Assembly: GCA_001825665.1 (NCBI GenBank)
Contig: MHXZ01000103.1
Span: 5,993 to 69,992 of the forward strand
DNA from: Planctomycetes bacterium GWF2_41_51
GTDB taxonomy: Bacteria; Planctomycetota; Phycisphaerae; Sedimentisphaerales; UBA12454
Length of the DNA: 64,000 nucleotides
Direction of reading: 5' to 3'
Part shown: piece after piece, positions 48,813 through 57,518 of the stretch
Position numbering within the stretch: the first letter of the stretch is position 1
How the letters are laid out: each line of letters begins with the position of its first letter
Made by a program: the position numbers and the translations under genes
Notes under the pieces: model-generated
What the model was told of the DNA's origin: nothing
Seen by the model: only the letters and a program-made list of their open reading frames with translations
The model's database searches: none

Positions 48813-51344
48813 TTATTTTGTCAATTCGTGCCAAATATCATACATTTTTTTACACTCGTCAATGCTATCCGGAAAAACGGTCGGACGCAAGACGCATTTA
48901 GCGCCTGTGTCTTTGATAATATTCGCGATTCGAGTTAGATACTGTTTCCATGATTCTTTTTCCATGTTCGCGAGTTTACCATAGAAAATAGTATTAGTTT
49001 TTGCACATTTATCAAGCAAATGGTGCGTATCATACATTTCGGGATTGCCCAAATCGATTGCCTTAACGAAATCACATTCGAGTATCTTATCATATAAATA
49101 ATCGTGTTTGCCGCAGAAATGCACGAAAGCACCGCCAAATGGCTTTGCGGCCTGCCGCATGTAAGGAATTACAAATTCATCAATCATCGAAGGCGAGAGA
49201 AGCGTAGGCGTATCTTCGGAAAGCCTTACACCTGCGTTTGGAAAGTAAAGGCCCTGCTGTGTGCCGTGGCCGTGAAACATTGAGCCGGCATCTTCTCCCA
49301 TACATTTTTTGAGCTTTAACGAAACCTTGACATAAAATTCTGTGATGATATGTAAAAGCTCTTTGATTTTTTCTTTTTTGTCCGCAAGTTCATAGAAAAT
49401 CGCATCGCCAAGAAGTAAATGCAGGATATCAAATACGCCCTGCGTATCAGGCATGTACGTACAAATCTGCCGTGAACCTTTTTTGTTGTTTATTTCATAA
49501 AATTTTTCGGCAAGGTTCATCACCTGTGTAGAACCAATATCAATATTTCTGATTTCGGAAATTTGTTCTATTGATAAATGTTCGCCCGGCCAAGGCATTT
49601 GACCATCTCTGATGACAAAATCCTGCCCGGCAATGGATGGAATAAAAATCGTACCAAGATTTGGCCTGATTGCCGGTATTCCATCTGTCGGCCAATCCAG
49701 AACAGCCGTTGCTCTTTTGCATTCAGCATCCCACATTTTTTGAGGATCATAAAATCGCTGCTCATAATTATCAGTATCGTATTGAACCATTTGAGCAGAA
49801 GGTATGAAAATCAGGCAGGATGTTTTTGACTGCCAGAAATCTTTATGAAGTTGCTTTTTCTGTTCAGTGTTCATTGCCGCTCCGCCGGAAAAAACCAAAA
49901 TAAATCCAACTAAAATCAAGATGCCTACGCCGCAGGCACCTGCAAGAATGCTGTCAATATTGCATTGAGCCCATTTCCAATTTTCTGGAAGGCTGCGGAA
50001 GAAAGTAACCCAGGAAATGACAAGAATGCTTGCAGCAACAGCGGTGATGCCCTGCCATGATTTTAATTTCACTTTGCAAAGCGCCAGTATGAACAGGCCG
50101 AGGATTCCGCCGCCGAAAATTCCGGAAATCTGCCACCAGATGTTTAATGCGCTTTGAGCTCTAATCATCAGGACCGCAAAGATAATTGAAAGTCCGCCCC
50201 AGACAACGGTTGTCCAGCGGAGGAATGAAAGACTTTTCTTTTCGCTTAAATCAGGTTTCATCCATTTAATAAAATCAAGAAGCAATACTGTTGCGGAACT
50301 ATTCAATGATGAACTAAGGGTACTCATGGCCGCGGCGATGATTGCTGCGATGATTAGGCCTTTTAAGCCCACAGGCAATTGCGTAGCAATAAAATACGGG
50401 AATACCTGGTCACCTTTTGTAATTGTGTCGGGCAACACGTTGCCGCCGGTGTGATAGAATGCAAAAAGCGATGTTCCGATATACAGGAAAACAGGAGTCA
50501 TTGGGATGTAGATTGCCATGCTGATGATAATCGCTTTTTTTGCGGAACGTTCATCGGAAACCGTTGAGTATTTCTGGACATAATTCTGGTCAGCGATTAA
50601 ATTTCGCAAATTTTCGGTCAGACTGTAAATAATCATTACCCATATCGTCCTGCTTGAAAAAGAAAAATCGAGACTGCCAAGACTGAATTTGCCCGCTTCG
50701 GCAGCAAGCTTAATTGGATATTCCGGGCCGGTGAAAAGATATTTTGTAAAGAGTATCACGCAGAAGAGCAGACCGCCAATCATGATTATGGATTGCATTA
50801 CGTCAGTCCAGATGACTGCTTCCATTCCCCCGACGAGAGTGTAAAAAACTGTGATAAGACCTATGATTATAATCAAGGTAACAATATTGATGGGTATGAA
50901 AGTTCCGACAAGCAGTGCTGTGAGATAGATGATAACAGCGGAACGGCCAATCATGTAAACAACGAATGATAGCGCACTGTAAATTCTTGCCCATTTGCCA
51001 AGGCTGTTTTCAAGCAGGCTATAAACTGATACAAGTTTTATTCTTCGATAATATGGAATGATGTACCAGCAGACTAACCAGACAATGGGCGGTATGCAAA
51101 GAACAAAAACTGCTGGGTGCCAATTAGTATCGAATGCCTGGCCGGGAACAGCGATGTAGGAAATGCTGCTGACATACGCGCTCATAACCGCGATGCCGGC
51201 TGCCCATGCTGGAATAGATTGGCCCGCGAGCATGAACTGTTCACTGGTGCGAGTTTTGCGAAAATAATATACGCCCATGCCGACACAAATCAAAGCGTAT
51301 AAAATTAACATTGATATATCGATAACGCCTAAATTTGCTGTCAT
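48813..51344 (-). CDS. SSS symporter (SiaT-like, about 490 aa) fused in frame to a URO-D-like domain (about 353 aa)
   Basis: N-terminal FMLAG..IPAWAAG, GGMEAVIWTD, DQNYVQKY, AAMSTLSSSLNS; C-terminal DTQGVFD, SEDTPTLLSPSMIDEFVIPY, VHFCG; no stop between the parts. Confidence 0.8.
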   Translation of the reverse strand: MTANLGVIDISMLILYALICVGMGVYYFRKTRTSEQFMLAGQSIPAWAAGIAVMSAYVSSISYIAVPGQAFDTNWHPAVFVLCIPPIVWLVCWYIIPYYRRIKLVSVYSLLENSLGKWARIYSALSFVVYMIGRSAVIIYLTALLVGTFIPINIVTLIIIIGLITVFYTLVGGMEAVIWTDVMQSIIMIGGLLFCVILFTKYLFTGPEYPIKLAAEAGKFSLGSLDFSFSSRTIWVMIIYSLTENLRNLIADQNYVQKYSTVSDERSAKKAIIISMAIYIPMTPVFLYIGTSLFAFYHTGGNVLPDTITKGDQVFPYFIATQLPVGLKGLIIAAIIAAAMSTLSSSLNSSATVLLLDFIKWMKPDLSEKKSLSFLRWTTVVWGGLSIIFAVLMIRAQSALNIWWQISGIFGGGILGLFILALCKVKLKSWQGITAVAASILVISWVTFFRSLPENWKWAQCNIDSILAGACGVGILILVGFILVFSGGAAMNTEQKKQLHKDFWQSKTSCLIFIPSAQMVQYDTDNYEQRFYDPQKMWDAECKRATAVLDWPTDGIPAIRPNLGTIFIPSIAGQDFVIRDGQMPWPGEHLSIEQISEIRNIDIGSTQVMNLAEKFYEINNKKGSRQICTYMPDTQGVFDILHLLLGDAIFYELADKKEKIKELLHIITEFYVKVSLKLKKCMGEDAGSMFHGHGTQQGLYFPNAGVRLSEDTPTLLSPSMIDEFVIPYMRQAAKPFGGAFVHFCGKHDYLYDKILECDFVKAIDLGNPEMYDTHHLLDKCAKTNTIFYGKLANMEKESWKQYLTRIANIIKDTGAKCVLRPTVFPDSIDECKKMYDIWHELTK

Positions 51345-51515
51345 TGCTTATCGTCCTTAACTAATTTGATATCATTATCGCCGTATAGCTTAACTATTCT
51401 TGCAGTCCTTAGCCGCCCAAAAACTTTCTCAAATACCTTCAGATATAGTTTATAATTGTAATTTATTAAGCGGGAAATTCAATCAATATCATTGATGTTA
51501 CTCGAATGCTGAAAA

Positions 51516-52658
51516 TCATTCAAAAGCTGCTGTTCTTACCACTTTTGATTTTTCAGAATTAATACCCACAATTTTGCCGCACTTTTGAGTTGGTTTGGAA
51601 TTCTGCCACGAGCATAATTGAATGAAAAGCGATAACATTCTTTTCTTTTGTTCGTCGTCGGCTTTCAAATGTCTGTGAAAGCCTTTTTCATTTTTTTCAA
51701 AAATCACATACCCTTCATCTGTAACTTTCGCAGTGCCTTTTTCAGAAAACGAAAAATATCCATCATCCGGACGGACAGCATAGAGTATGCTCAAAAGATC
51801 CCATGTTGCACGGTCACGGGGTTTGCCGGTAAAAACTTTATAAGCCTCGGCAACAGGATGAACAGGAATCCAGCTATAATCCTGTTCTATGCTTTTATAA
51901 GGATACAGCATTTTATTTGCTATTTCGAAACCATTGAAAACAACCTCAACGGGGCAATTTTCAAAAAAGTATTTTGCTGATTTGATATCGAGCCGAATAT
52001 TATATTCCCTGTTTTGCATTGTAGGATTTTTCTGGACTTCATCGCTGAAATCGCCTGCCATCGCGGAAACGAAACTAACTTTTTGTTTAAATAATTCAGT
52101 GCCGGTCAGAGATGAAAATTCATCAGGTTCGGTCGCGAGAAGACGAGCCATGTTCGTGGAAAAACCTATCATTACAATAACAACTGATTTATCAGGCTGA
52201 GACGAAAGAAGCTTTCTCAAGAGCTTAACAGAATCATAAGGCGGATTTTGATTAGAAATTTTCCTGGGAAATACGAAATTCCCATTTTTATCTCTCAGGT
52301 CTGATACATACCTGAGAAATTTGCCATTTTTATCCTTTACGCCTTGATTAACAAGCCCAACGGGTATGTCAGGGCGGCCATAGAATGAATTAAGCACCGA
52401 AGTATAAACTGCTGAATAGAAATCATCATTGCAAACAGTCATGCCGAGAATATTGCATTCACCAAAACTTTGGAGCGTATGGCAGAGAGCAATCGCCAGA
52501 GCATCATCAATGTCGTTGCCAACATCAGTGTCGATAATCAGAGAAACAGGTTGTGGATTAATCATTGTTAAACCTTGAACATTAATAAAAAAACAATTTA
52601 TAATAAATATTAAAAAACAAGTTAATAGTTTCTGCAATTTCTCATCCAGCCATTCCAA
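51516..52658 (-). CDS. Inosine/uridine-preferring nucleoside hydrolase-like protein (start uncertain: TTG about 52637 with signal-like segment, or ATG 52565)
   Basis: IIDTDVGNDIDDALA (DxDxxxDD), IGFSTN, MAG, EYNIRLD, WDL. Confidence 0.8.
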   Translation of the reverse strand: MEWLDEKLQKLLTCFLIFIINCFFINVQGLTMINPQPVSLIIDTDVGNDIDDALAIALCHTLQSFGECNILGMTVCNDDFYSAVYTSVLNSFYGRPDIPVGLVNQGVKDKNGKFLRYVSDLRDKNGNFVFPRKISNQNPPYDSVKLLRKLLSSQPDKSVVIVMIGFSTNMARLLATEPDEFSSLTGTELFKQKVSFVSAMAGDFSDEVQKNPTMQNREYNIRLDIKSAKYFFENCPVEVVFNGFEIANKMLYPYKSIEQDYSWIPVHPVAEAYKVFTGKPRDRATWDLLSILYAVRPDDGYFSFSEKGTAKVTDEGYVIFEKNEKGFHRHLKADDEQKKRMLSLFIQLCSWQNSKPTQKCGKIVGINSEKSKVVRTAAFE

Positions 52659-53524
52659 ACTTTCGGGTACATTTTAGTCATAAAAGCATCGGTATCTTTG
52701 TGGGTGGGGTTCCAATCACGATGGAATTGCAAATCCCACAACTGTTTGAGTCCAACTTTTCTGACTGAACTATCCATAAACGTCCAGTTAACCGCCAAAC
52801 TATGCCTATCCAGACAGAAACGTTTCATCTGATTGGCCTGGTTCTGGCTATCAACCCAGCCGTGATCTCCGCTGAAACGCGGAACATTCGGAGGAGTATT
52901 AATATACGCAACATCAGTAGCTATCGGGTAACTTGAGTCACCAATAACGGGATTTTTCGAAGGATTTTTCGCGGATAAACGTGATTTCCAGGCTCTTGCC
53001 TCTGTGGCAGCATCAGGAAAACCTGTAGTTTTTGCGTACGCACTTAAACCGGATTCATTCGGCATATTCCATCTGCTCAAAACCCAATCATTGTGGCCAT
53101 AACTGAAGTGAGGCAACCCTTTTTGGAAATACGACGCATCGTAAGAGGCAACAGGATGGCCTTGGCCATTTACTTCCGGTTTAGTCGCAGCGGGACAAAG
53201 GAAAAATTTGGCATCATTATTTTTGCCGCTGTTTTTCCAGATGGCAGAATACCAGCAATCAAGCATAGGACTGTTTTCCGGCATACCAATTCCCGTTGTA
53301 AATCTGTAACTTGTTGGATAACGGTCATTATTCTGCTGAAGATAAACGCCGTAAAGAAGATCGATTCCCTTAAGATTCGAGCGACAGGTAACATCAGTTG
53401 CGAGTTTTTTTGCTTTTGAAAGAGAAGGCATAAGTATTGCCAGCAAAAGCGCGATAATAGAAATTACAACAAGCAGCTCAACAAGAGTGAATCCATTATA
53501 ACTTCTTTTTACATTAGTGTTCAT
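52622..53524 (-). CDS. Prepilin-type N-terminal cleavage/methylation protein, DUF1559-like
   Basis: [29 protein letters not shown]...CRSNLK, FLCPA, SYGHN, RHSLAVNWTFMDSSV (H-X9-DS variant). Confidence 0.9.
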   Translation of the reverse strand: MNTNVKRSYNGFTLVELLVVISIIALLLAILMPSLSKAKKLATDVTCRSNLKGIDLLYGVYLQQNNDRYPTSYRFTTGIGMPENSPMLDCWYSAIWKNSGKNNDAKFFLCPAATKPEVNGQGHPVASYDASYFQKGLPHFSYGHNDWVLSRWNMPNESGLSAYAKTTGFPDAATEARAWKSRLSAKNPSKNPVIGDSSYPIATDVAYINTPPNVPRFSGDHGWVDSQNQANQMKRFCLDRHSLAVNWTFMDSSVRKVGLKQLWDLQFHRDWNPTHKDTDAFMTKMYPKVWNGWMRNCRNY

Positions 53525-53558
53525 TTATTTATCCTTTGCCAAAACTCCGTATGAGTTT

Positions 53559-53591
53559 TCACAGGTGCTGCCAAAACGACAGCACCTGTGA
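53559..53591. terminator. 12-bp hairpin between the 53602 gene and the pilin gene
   Basis: TCACAGGTGCTG/CAGCACCTGTGA, adjacent to a second small stem AAAACTC/GAGTTTT. Confidence 0.55.
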
Positions 53592-53601
53592 GTAATTTAA
53601 A

Positions 53602-55221
53602 TTATAGCGGCCACATTCCGTCAGCGAGCCATTCCAAACTCATTTGCGCAAAATCTGTGAAGTTAACCTTGCAATCGCCATTCAAATCAGCAATCGGCTG
53701 ATTAAGACAACGCTGTGTATAGAGCCTGATGTTATCAATATATACTGTCCCAGCACCGCCTGCGACTGGAGCTGATTTTGTACCCATACCAACTTGGAGA
53801 CCTGTTATGTTGGTAAGATTGAGGCTCGGATTTGCGGCTTTGAAATCAGAAACAGCGATGTTCCAAATCTGCCATGTCGCAGATTGACTTATGTTGTTTG
53901 GATTCTGGACTGTCGCACTATTTGTACCGTCGCTCAAAGTTACATACATCTTTTCAGCAGCATTTGCGGCATTACCATAGTACCAGACATCAAGAGCTTT
54001 AAGATTGAATGCTGTAAAATCTTTCTGCCAGATATTAGTTGAAGAAGCTTCTGAATAGTAAGGAGCAACAGCATTGTTGTAGACCAGTTTCATTGACTTT
54101 GTGCCCTGGAACGGTGCGGCAATATTCAAATTAATAGCAGCACCGCCTGAAGCAGTCCATGCCGCATTAAAGGCAGCATCATCAGCGTAAGTTTCATATT
54201 CTTCGATATAGAGAAGTCCGCGTGTGGTAAAGCTCCAAAGATCGCCTGTCCAAACCTGCGTGTCATTGTCCAATTCATCAACACGCCAGTAATATTGTGT
54301 TCCAAAAAGAAGTTCCGGAAGCTGGAAATTATTTACATCTATCTGATTTCCAACAAGTGCCAGATTAGCAGCATCTGTACCGAAATAAACGTTGTGTTTT
54401 ACAGCGTAAGCGCCTGGTGCCCATGTTAATTTAACATTCGGGCTCGGAACTGTTGAGCCGTTAGGCGGAAATGGTGCCCATGCTTTGACGAGGAATTCAT
54501 TGTTATTTGGCGAGAGAACCATTGTGCTGCCCCCGTCAAATAAAACCAGAGGAGTCGCTGAATCATCTTCTGCGGTAATCCAACCATTAGAGATGTATCC
54601 ATTAACTTCAGTTCTGTGATCACCAATCCATCTTAACATACCATTGCCGGAAATATCAATGTAACTGGTAGCACCAATATCATTAATAGTTAACAAAGTT
54701 GTAACAACGTTTCCATCACTAATAACAAGTTTGCCCCAACTGCCGGTATCATAAGGGATATTCAATCCAACGCCGACACCAGATGTGCCTGTGGAAGTGA
54801 ATTGACCGCCGCTGACATATACCATACCAAAACCACCGGCCTGGCCAATGTTCAAATCTCGTGAACGTACATTGGCAGAGCCGCTGATATTCAATGTCGC
54901 GAACTGGCCTGCTCCATTAGCAACAATCCAATAGCTGCCATTTGTAATGCTGCCGGATGAAAAGTTCATTGTCGCACCTGGAAAATCAGGAGAAGCAGAA
55001 CCGGTGATCAATTTATTGATTGTCAAACTTTCCAAATCGTAGTCTACATAATCATCGGTGTTCATAATAATCCTGTTGCCTGCTGGCGGAACCACATCTC
55101 CAACCCAATTTACTGCAGAACTCCAAAGATGATCGCCCGCACCGCCATCCCATGTAGAATCCGCAGCGTAGAGTGAACTTGCGAGAATTAATAAAACTGA
55201 AATAAATCCTGATTTTTTCAT
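53602..55221 (-). CDS. Secreted protein: Gly-rich beta-repeat domain, FN3-like, CBM-like and dockerin-like domains
   Basis: WDGGAGDHLWSSAVNW...SYW...RDL; HNVYFGTD..YYWRVDE..WSFTT; YIDNIRLY; ADLNGDCKVNFTDFAQMSLEWL. Confidence 0.7.
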   Translation of the reverse strand: MKKSGFISVLLILASSLYAADSTWDGGAGDHLWSSAVNWVGDVVPPAGNRIIMNTDDYVDYDLESLTINKLITGSASPDFPGATMNFSSGSITNGSYWIVANGAGQFATLNISGSANVRSRDLNIGQAGGFGMVYVSGGQFTSTGTSGVGVGLNIPYDTGSWGKLVISDGNVVTTLLTINDIGATSYIDISGNGMLRWIGDHRTEVNGYISNGWITAEDDSATPLVLFDGGSTMVLSPNNNEFLVKAWAPFPPNGSTVPSPNVKLTWAPGAYAVKHNVYFGTDAANLALVGNQIDVNNFQLPELLFGTQYYWRVDELDNDTQVWTGDLWSFTTRGLLYIEEYETYADDAAFNAAWTASGGAAINLNIAAPFQGTKSMKLVYNNAVAPYYSEASSTNIWQKDFTAFNLKALDVWYYGNAANAAEKMYVTLSDGTNSATVQNPNNISQSATWQIWNIAVSDFKAANPSLNLTNITGLQVGMGTKSAPVAGGAGTVYIDNIRLYTQRCLNQPIADLNGDCKVNFTDFAQMSLEWLADGMWPL

Positions 55222-55245
55222 ATTACCTCCGTAGAATAAAATATA

Positions 55246-56046
55246 TTATTTTTTGCGAATTAAAGTAAACATTCCAAAACCCAACAGGCAAATCGTTGCT
55301 GGTTCAGGAACTTCAACAAGAGTAAATGTATTGCCGCTTTCTTCATAGGTAGAAACTACAAGCGAACCGGTACTTGAAATAATTTTCCCAGCCTGAATGT
55401 ATCCATCTACAACCGATGTAAGATCGCCTGAAAGAACCATCTTGCCATCATCTGAAATATCAATCAAAGCATTAGAACCCATAGTATTGAAGGTGGCGAT
55501 TTTAAGCATTCCGCCAGAAATATTCACCAAAGCTGAACCTGTATATAACGTTGTAACACCTGAAATCGGTTCGCTGCCGAAGTAAGCGCCAACTCCTGCA
55601 CCTGTACCGTTGATATTAAGTAAACCACCTGTGATATTAATGGTACCTGCATAACCGTTACCTGAAGCCAGAAGCAAATCTCTGGTAGTAATAGCGGTAT
55701 CACCTGAAATATTCAAAATTGCCTCACCGCCAATTTCTCTTCCCATATACCAATAACTCGTATTAAGAAGTTCACCGCCGGTAAACGTTACTGTAACAAC
55801 GCCAACAACAGAATCCTGCTGAAGAATTCTTCTTGGATTGAGATAATCACCAGTCTCAACAAGTATATCCCCTGCAACATCAAAGAAGACCCTGTCACCA
55901 ACTGCCGGAAGCGCATCGTTGTTCCAATTCTCGGCAGTAAGCCAGCGGTCATTCGTACTGCCGCCATCCCAATATTTGTCTGCTGCATGTGAAATTGTTG
56001 CTGCTGACATAAACACCAATAAACCAAAAATTAAAACTTTCTTCAT
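55246..56046 (-). CDS. PEP-CTERM surface protein with Gly-rich beta-repeat passenger domain
   Basis: RBS GGAGG, signal peptide, C-terminus VPEPATICLLGFGMFTLIRKK. Confidence 0.9.
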   Translation of the reverse strand: MKKVLIFGLLVFMSAATISHAADKYWDGGSTNDRWLTAENWNNDALPAVGDRVFFDVAGDILVETGDYLNPRRILQQDSVVGVVTVTFTGGELLNTSYWYMGREIGGEAILNISGDTAITTRDLLLASGNGYAGTINITGGLLNINGTGAGVGAYFGSEPISGVTTLYTGSALVNISGGMLKIATFNTMGSNALIDISDDGKMVLSGDLTSVVDGYIQAGKIISSTGSLVVSTYEESGNTFTLVEVPEPATICLLGFGMFTLIRKK

Positions 56047-56097
56047 TTTCCTTCCTCCAAAAAGTAATTAAAATTAAAAAATTTCAGTAATCTGATA

Positions 56098-56164
56098 ATT
56101 ATACTTTAACGAATGACACATCGAAGTTGAATACCTCTTTGCGTCAATTTGGTATCATTTTGCG
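56098..56164 (-). promoter_or_regulatory. Locus-B operator B1 plus -10 box
   Basis: atacctctttgcg 56131 and gtatcattttgcg 56152 (21 bp period); minus-strand TAAAGT 56103-08 or TATAAT 56098-103. Confidence 0.65.
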
Positions 56165-56173
56165 AACGATAAT

Positions 56174-56455
56174 TTATTCCAGATTTTTTTCATCTATTGC
56201 GTTTTTGCCGCATTTCTGACAAGGCGGAAGCAAAACCTTCTGCGCTGCGGGGTCGGCATTTTCCCGTCTGAAATTATAAAATTCTGCCAGGTCCATTTGG
56301 TATTCCGCACCGCAGGCTTTGCATTTGACATCGATTTTCTGGCCTTTCAAATCAGAAACATCCGAGCCGGAGTTTCTCGAAATGGCAAAAACAACCAAGG
56401 CCGCTGCGATACAAATAACAATTATAATTATTTTTTTTAAACTACTGCTATCCAT
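56174..56455 (-). CDS. Small membrane-anchored protein with two CxxC motifs
   Basis: RBS AAGGA; N-terminal TM helix; CKAC...CQKC. Confidence 0.7.
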   Translation of the reverse strand: MDSSSLKKIIIIVICIAAALVVFAISRNSGSDVSDLKGQKIDVKCKACGAEYQMDLAEFYNFRRENADPAAQKVLLPPCQKCGKNAIDEKNLE

Positions 56456-56477
56456 CTGTTATCCTTGAAAAAAAATA

Positions 56478-57518
56478 TTAGGGCTGCCAGATTGTGGCGG
56501 CAATATGCTGCTGCGGATTGGTGACGGTCGCGTAATAATAAATAGTAACGATTTTACCATCCGGCCGCTGAATACTGCGCGGATAGCCGAGATCCCAGCT
56601 TAAACCGTCATTTCTTAAAGTGATTTCACTGCCCCATGTTTGGCCGTTATCTGTACTGATTTTGGCTTTAATTCCATAGGGTGAATATCTTTGGCCGTAA
56701 GCTATACATATTCTGCCGTCAGCGAGTTTGAGCATTGCCGGCGGATTATTTATATTGTTTACAACTAAGCTTAAGTAATTCCAGCTTTTCGCTCCATCAA
56801 TCGATTTGTAAATATCGATATATTGCGAATTACCTCTGCGCTGTCTTAAAGCTGTGATGTACGTATCATCAGCAATTTTCACGGTCGATGACATTACTGT
56901 GAAGTTATGATCGCCTGCATCGATGGGCGGACTTGGGGCGACCCAGGAAAGAAAATCAAACGTTCTGCCCGCATTTTTTGTTACGGCACAAAAAGTTCTG
57001 CCTTCTACTCCATCCGATTTTGCAGCAGTGACGAAAAACAAGACTTCGCATTGTGAATTTACAATATAATCAGTGCGGGCGATGAGTCTTGTCTGATCTA
57101 ATTTTGGAAATTCGAAAGGCCCCTGCCAGTTTCTTCCTCTGTCATACGAAAAATAATATTTCGACAATCGAGATTTATATGCGAAATCTGGATGTGTAAA
57201 ATTTATAGCTCCAATCGGTTTCTGAAAACCTCCTTGATTCAAAACCTGCGGTGTTTCAAGAGTCCATGTTTGCCCGCCATCGAGACTTCTTGCCTGCACT
57301 GTGTCGGTAGCATAATCAGGATCAACGCTATGGCCGTCAGGATTATATTTGTACACGCCTATGTTGAAACCAACGAGGATTTCATTGCCCCATGACCAGA
57401 CTCCTTCGTTAGCGGGCCAGGCACAGAATTTACCGCTTTGCTGATAAACGATCACATTCTCTGCAAATGCGAAAGGCGTGCAGGTAAGTAAAAAAATTAT
57501 AAAGATTTTTTTATTCAT
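56478..57518 (-). CDS. BNR/Asp-box beta-propeller (sialidase-like fold), secreted
   Basis: Asp-boxes SLDGGQTW, SYDRGRNW, SIDGAKSW, STDNGQTW; WDLGYP; start MNKKIF at 57518. Confidence 0.8.
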   Translation of the reverse strand: MNKKIFIIFLLTCTPFAFAENVIVYQQSGKFCAWPANEGVWSWGNEILVGFNIGVYKYNPDGHSVDPDYATDTVQARSLDGGQTWTLETPQVLNQGGFQKPIGAINFTHPDFAYKSRLSKYYFSYDRGRNWQGPFEFPKLDQTRLIARTDYIVNSQCEVLFFVTAAKSDGVEGRTFCAVTKNAGRTFDFLSWVAPSPPIDAGDHNFTVMSSTVKIADDTYITALRQRRGNSQYIDIYKSIDGAKSWNYLSLVVNNINNPPAMLKLADGRICIAYGQRYSPYGIKAKISTDNGQTWGSEITLRNDGLSWDLGYPRSIQRPDGKIVTIYYYATVTNPQQHIAATIWQP

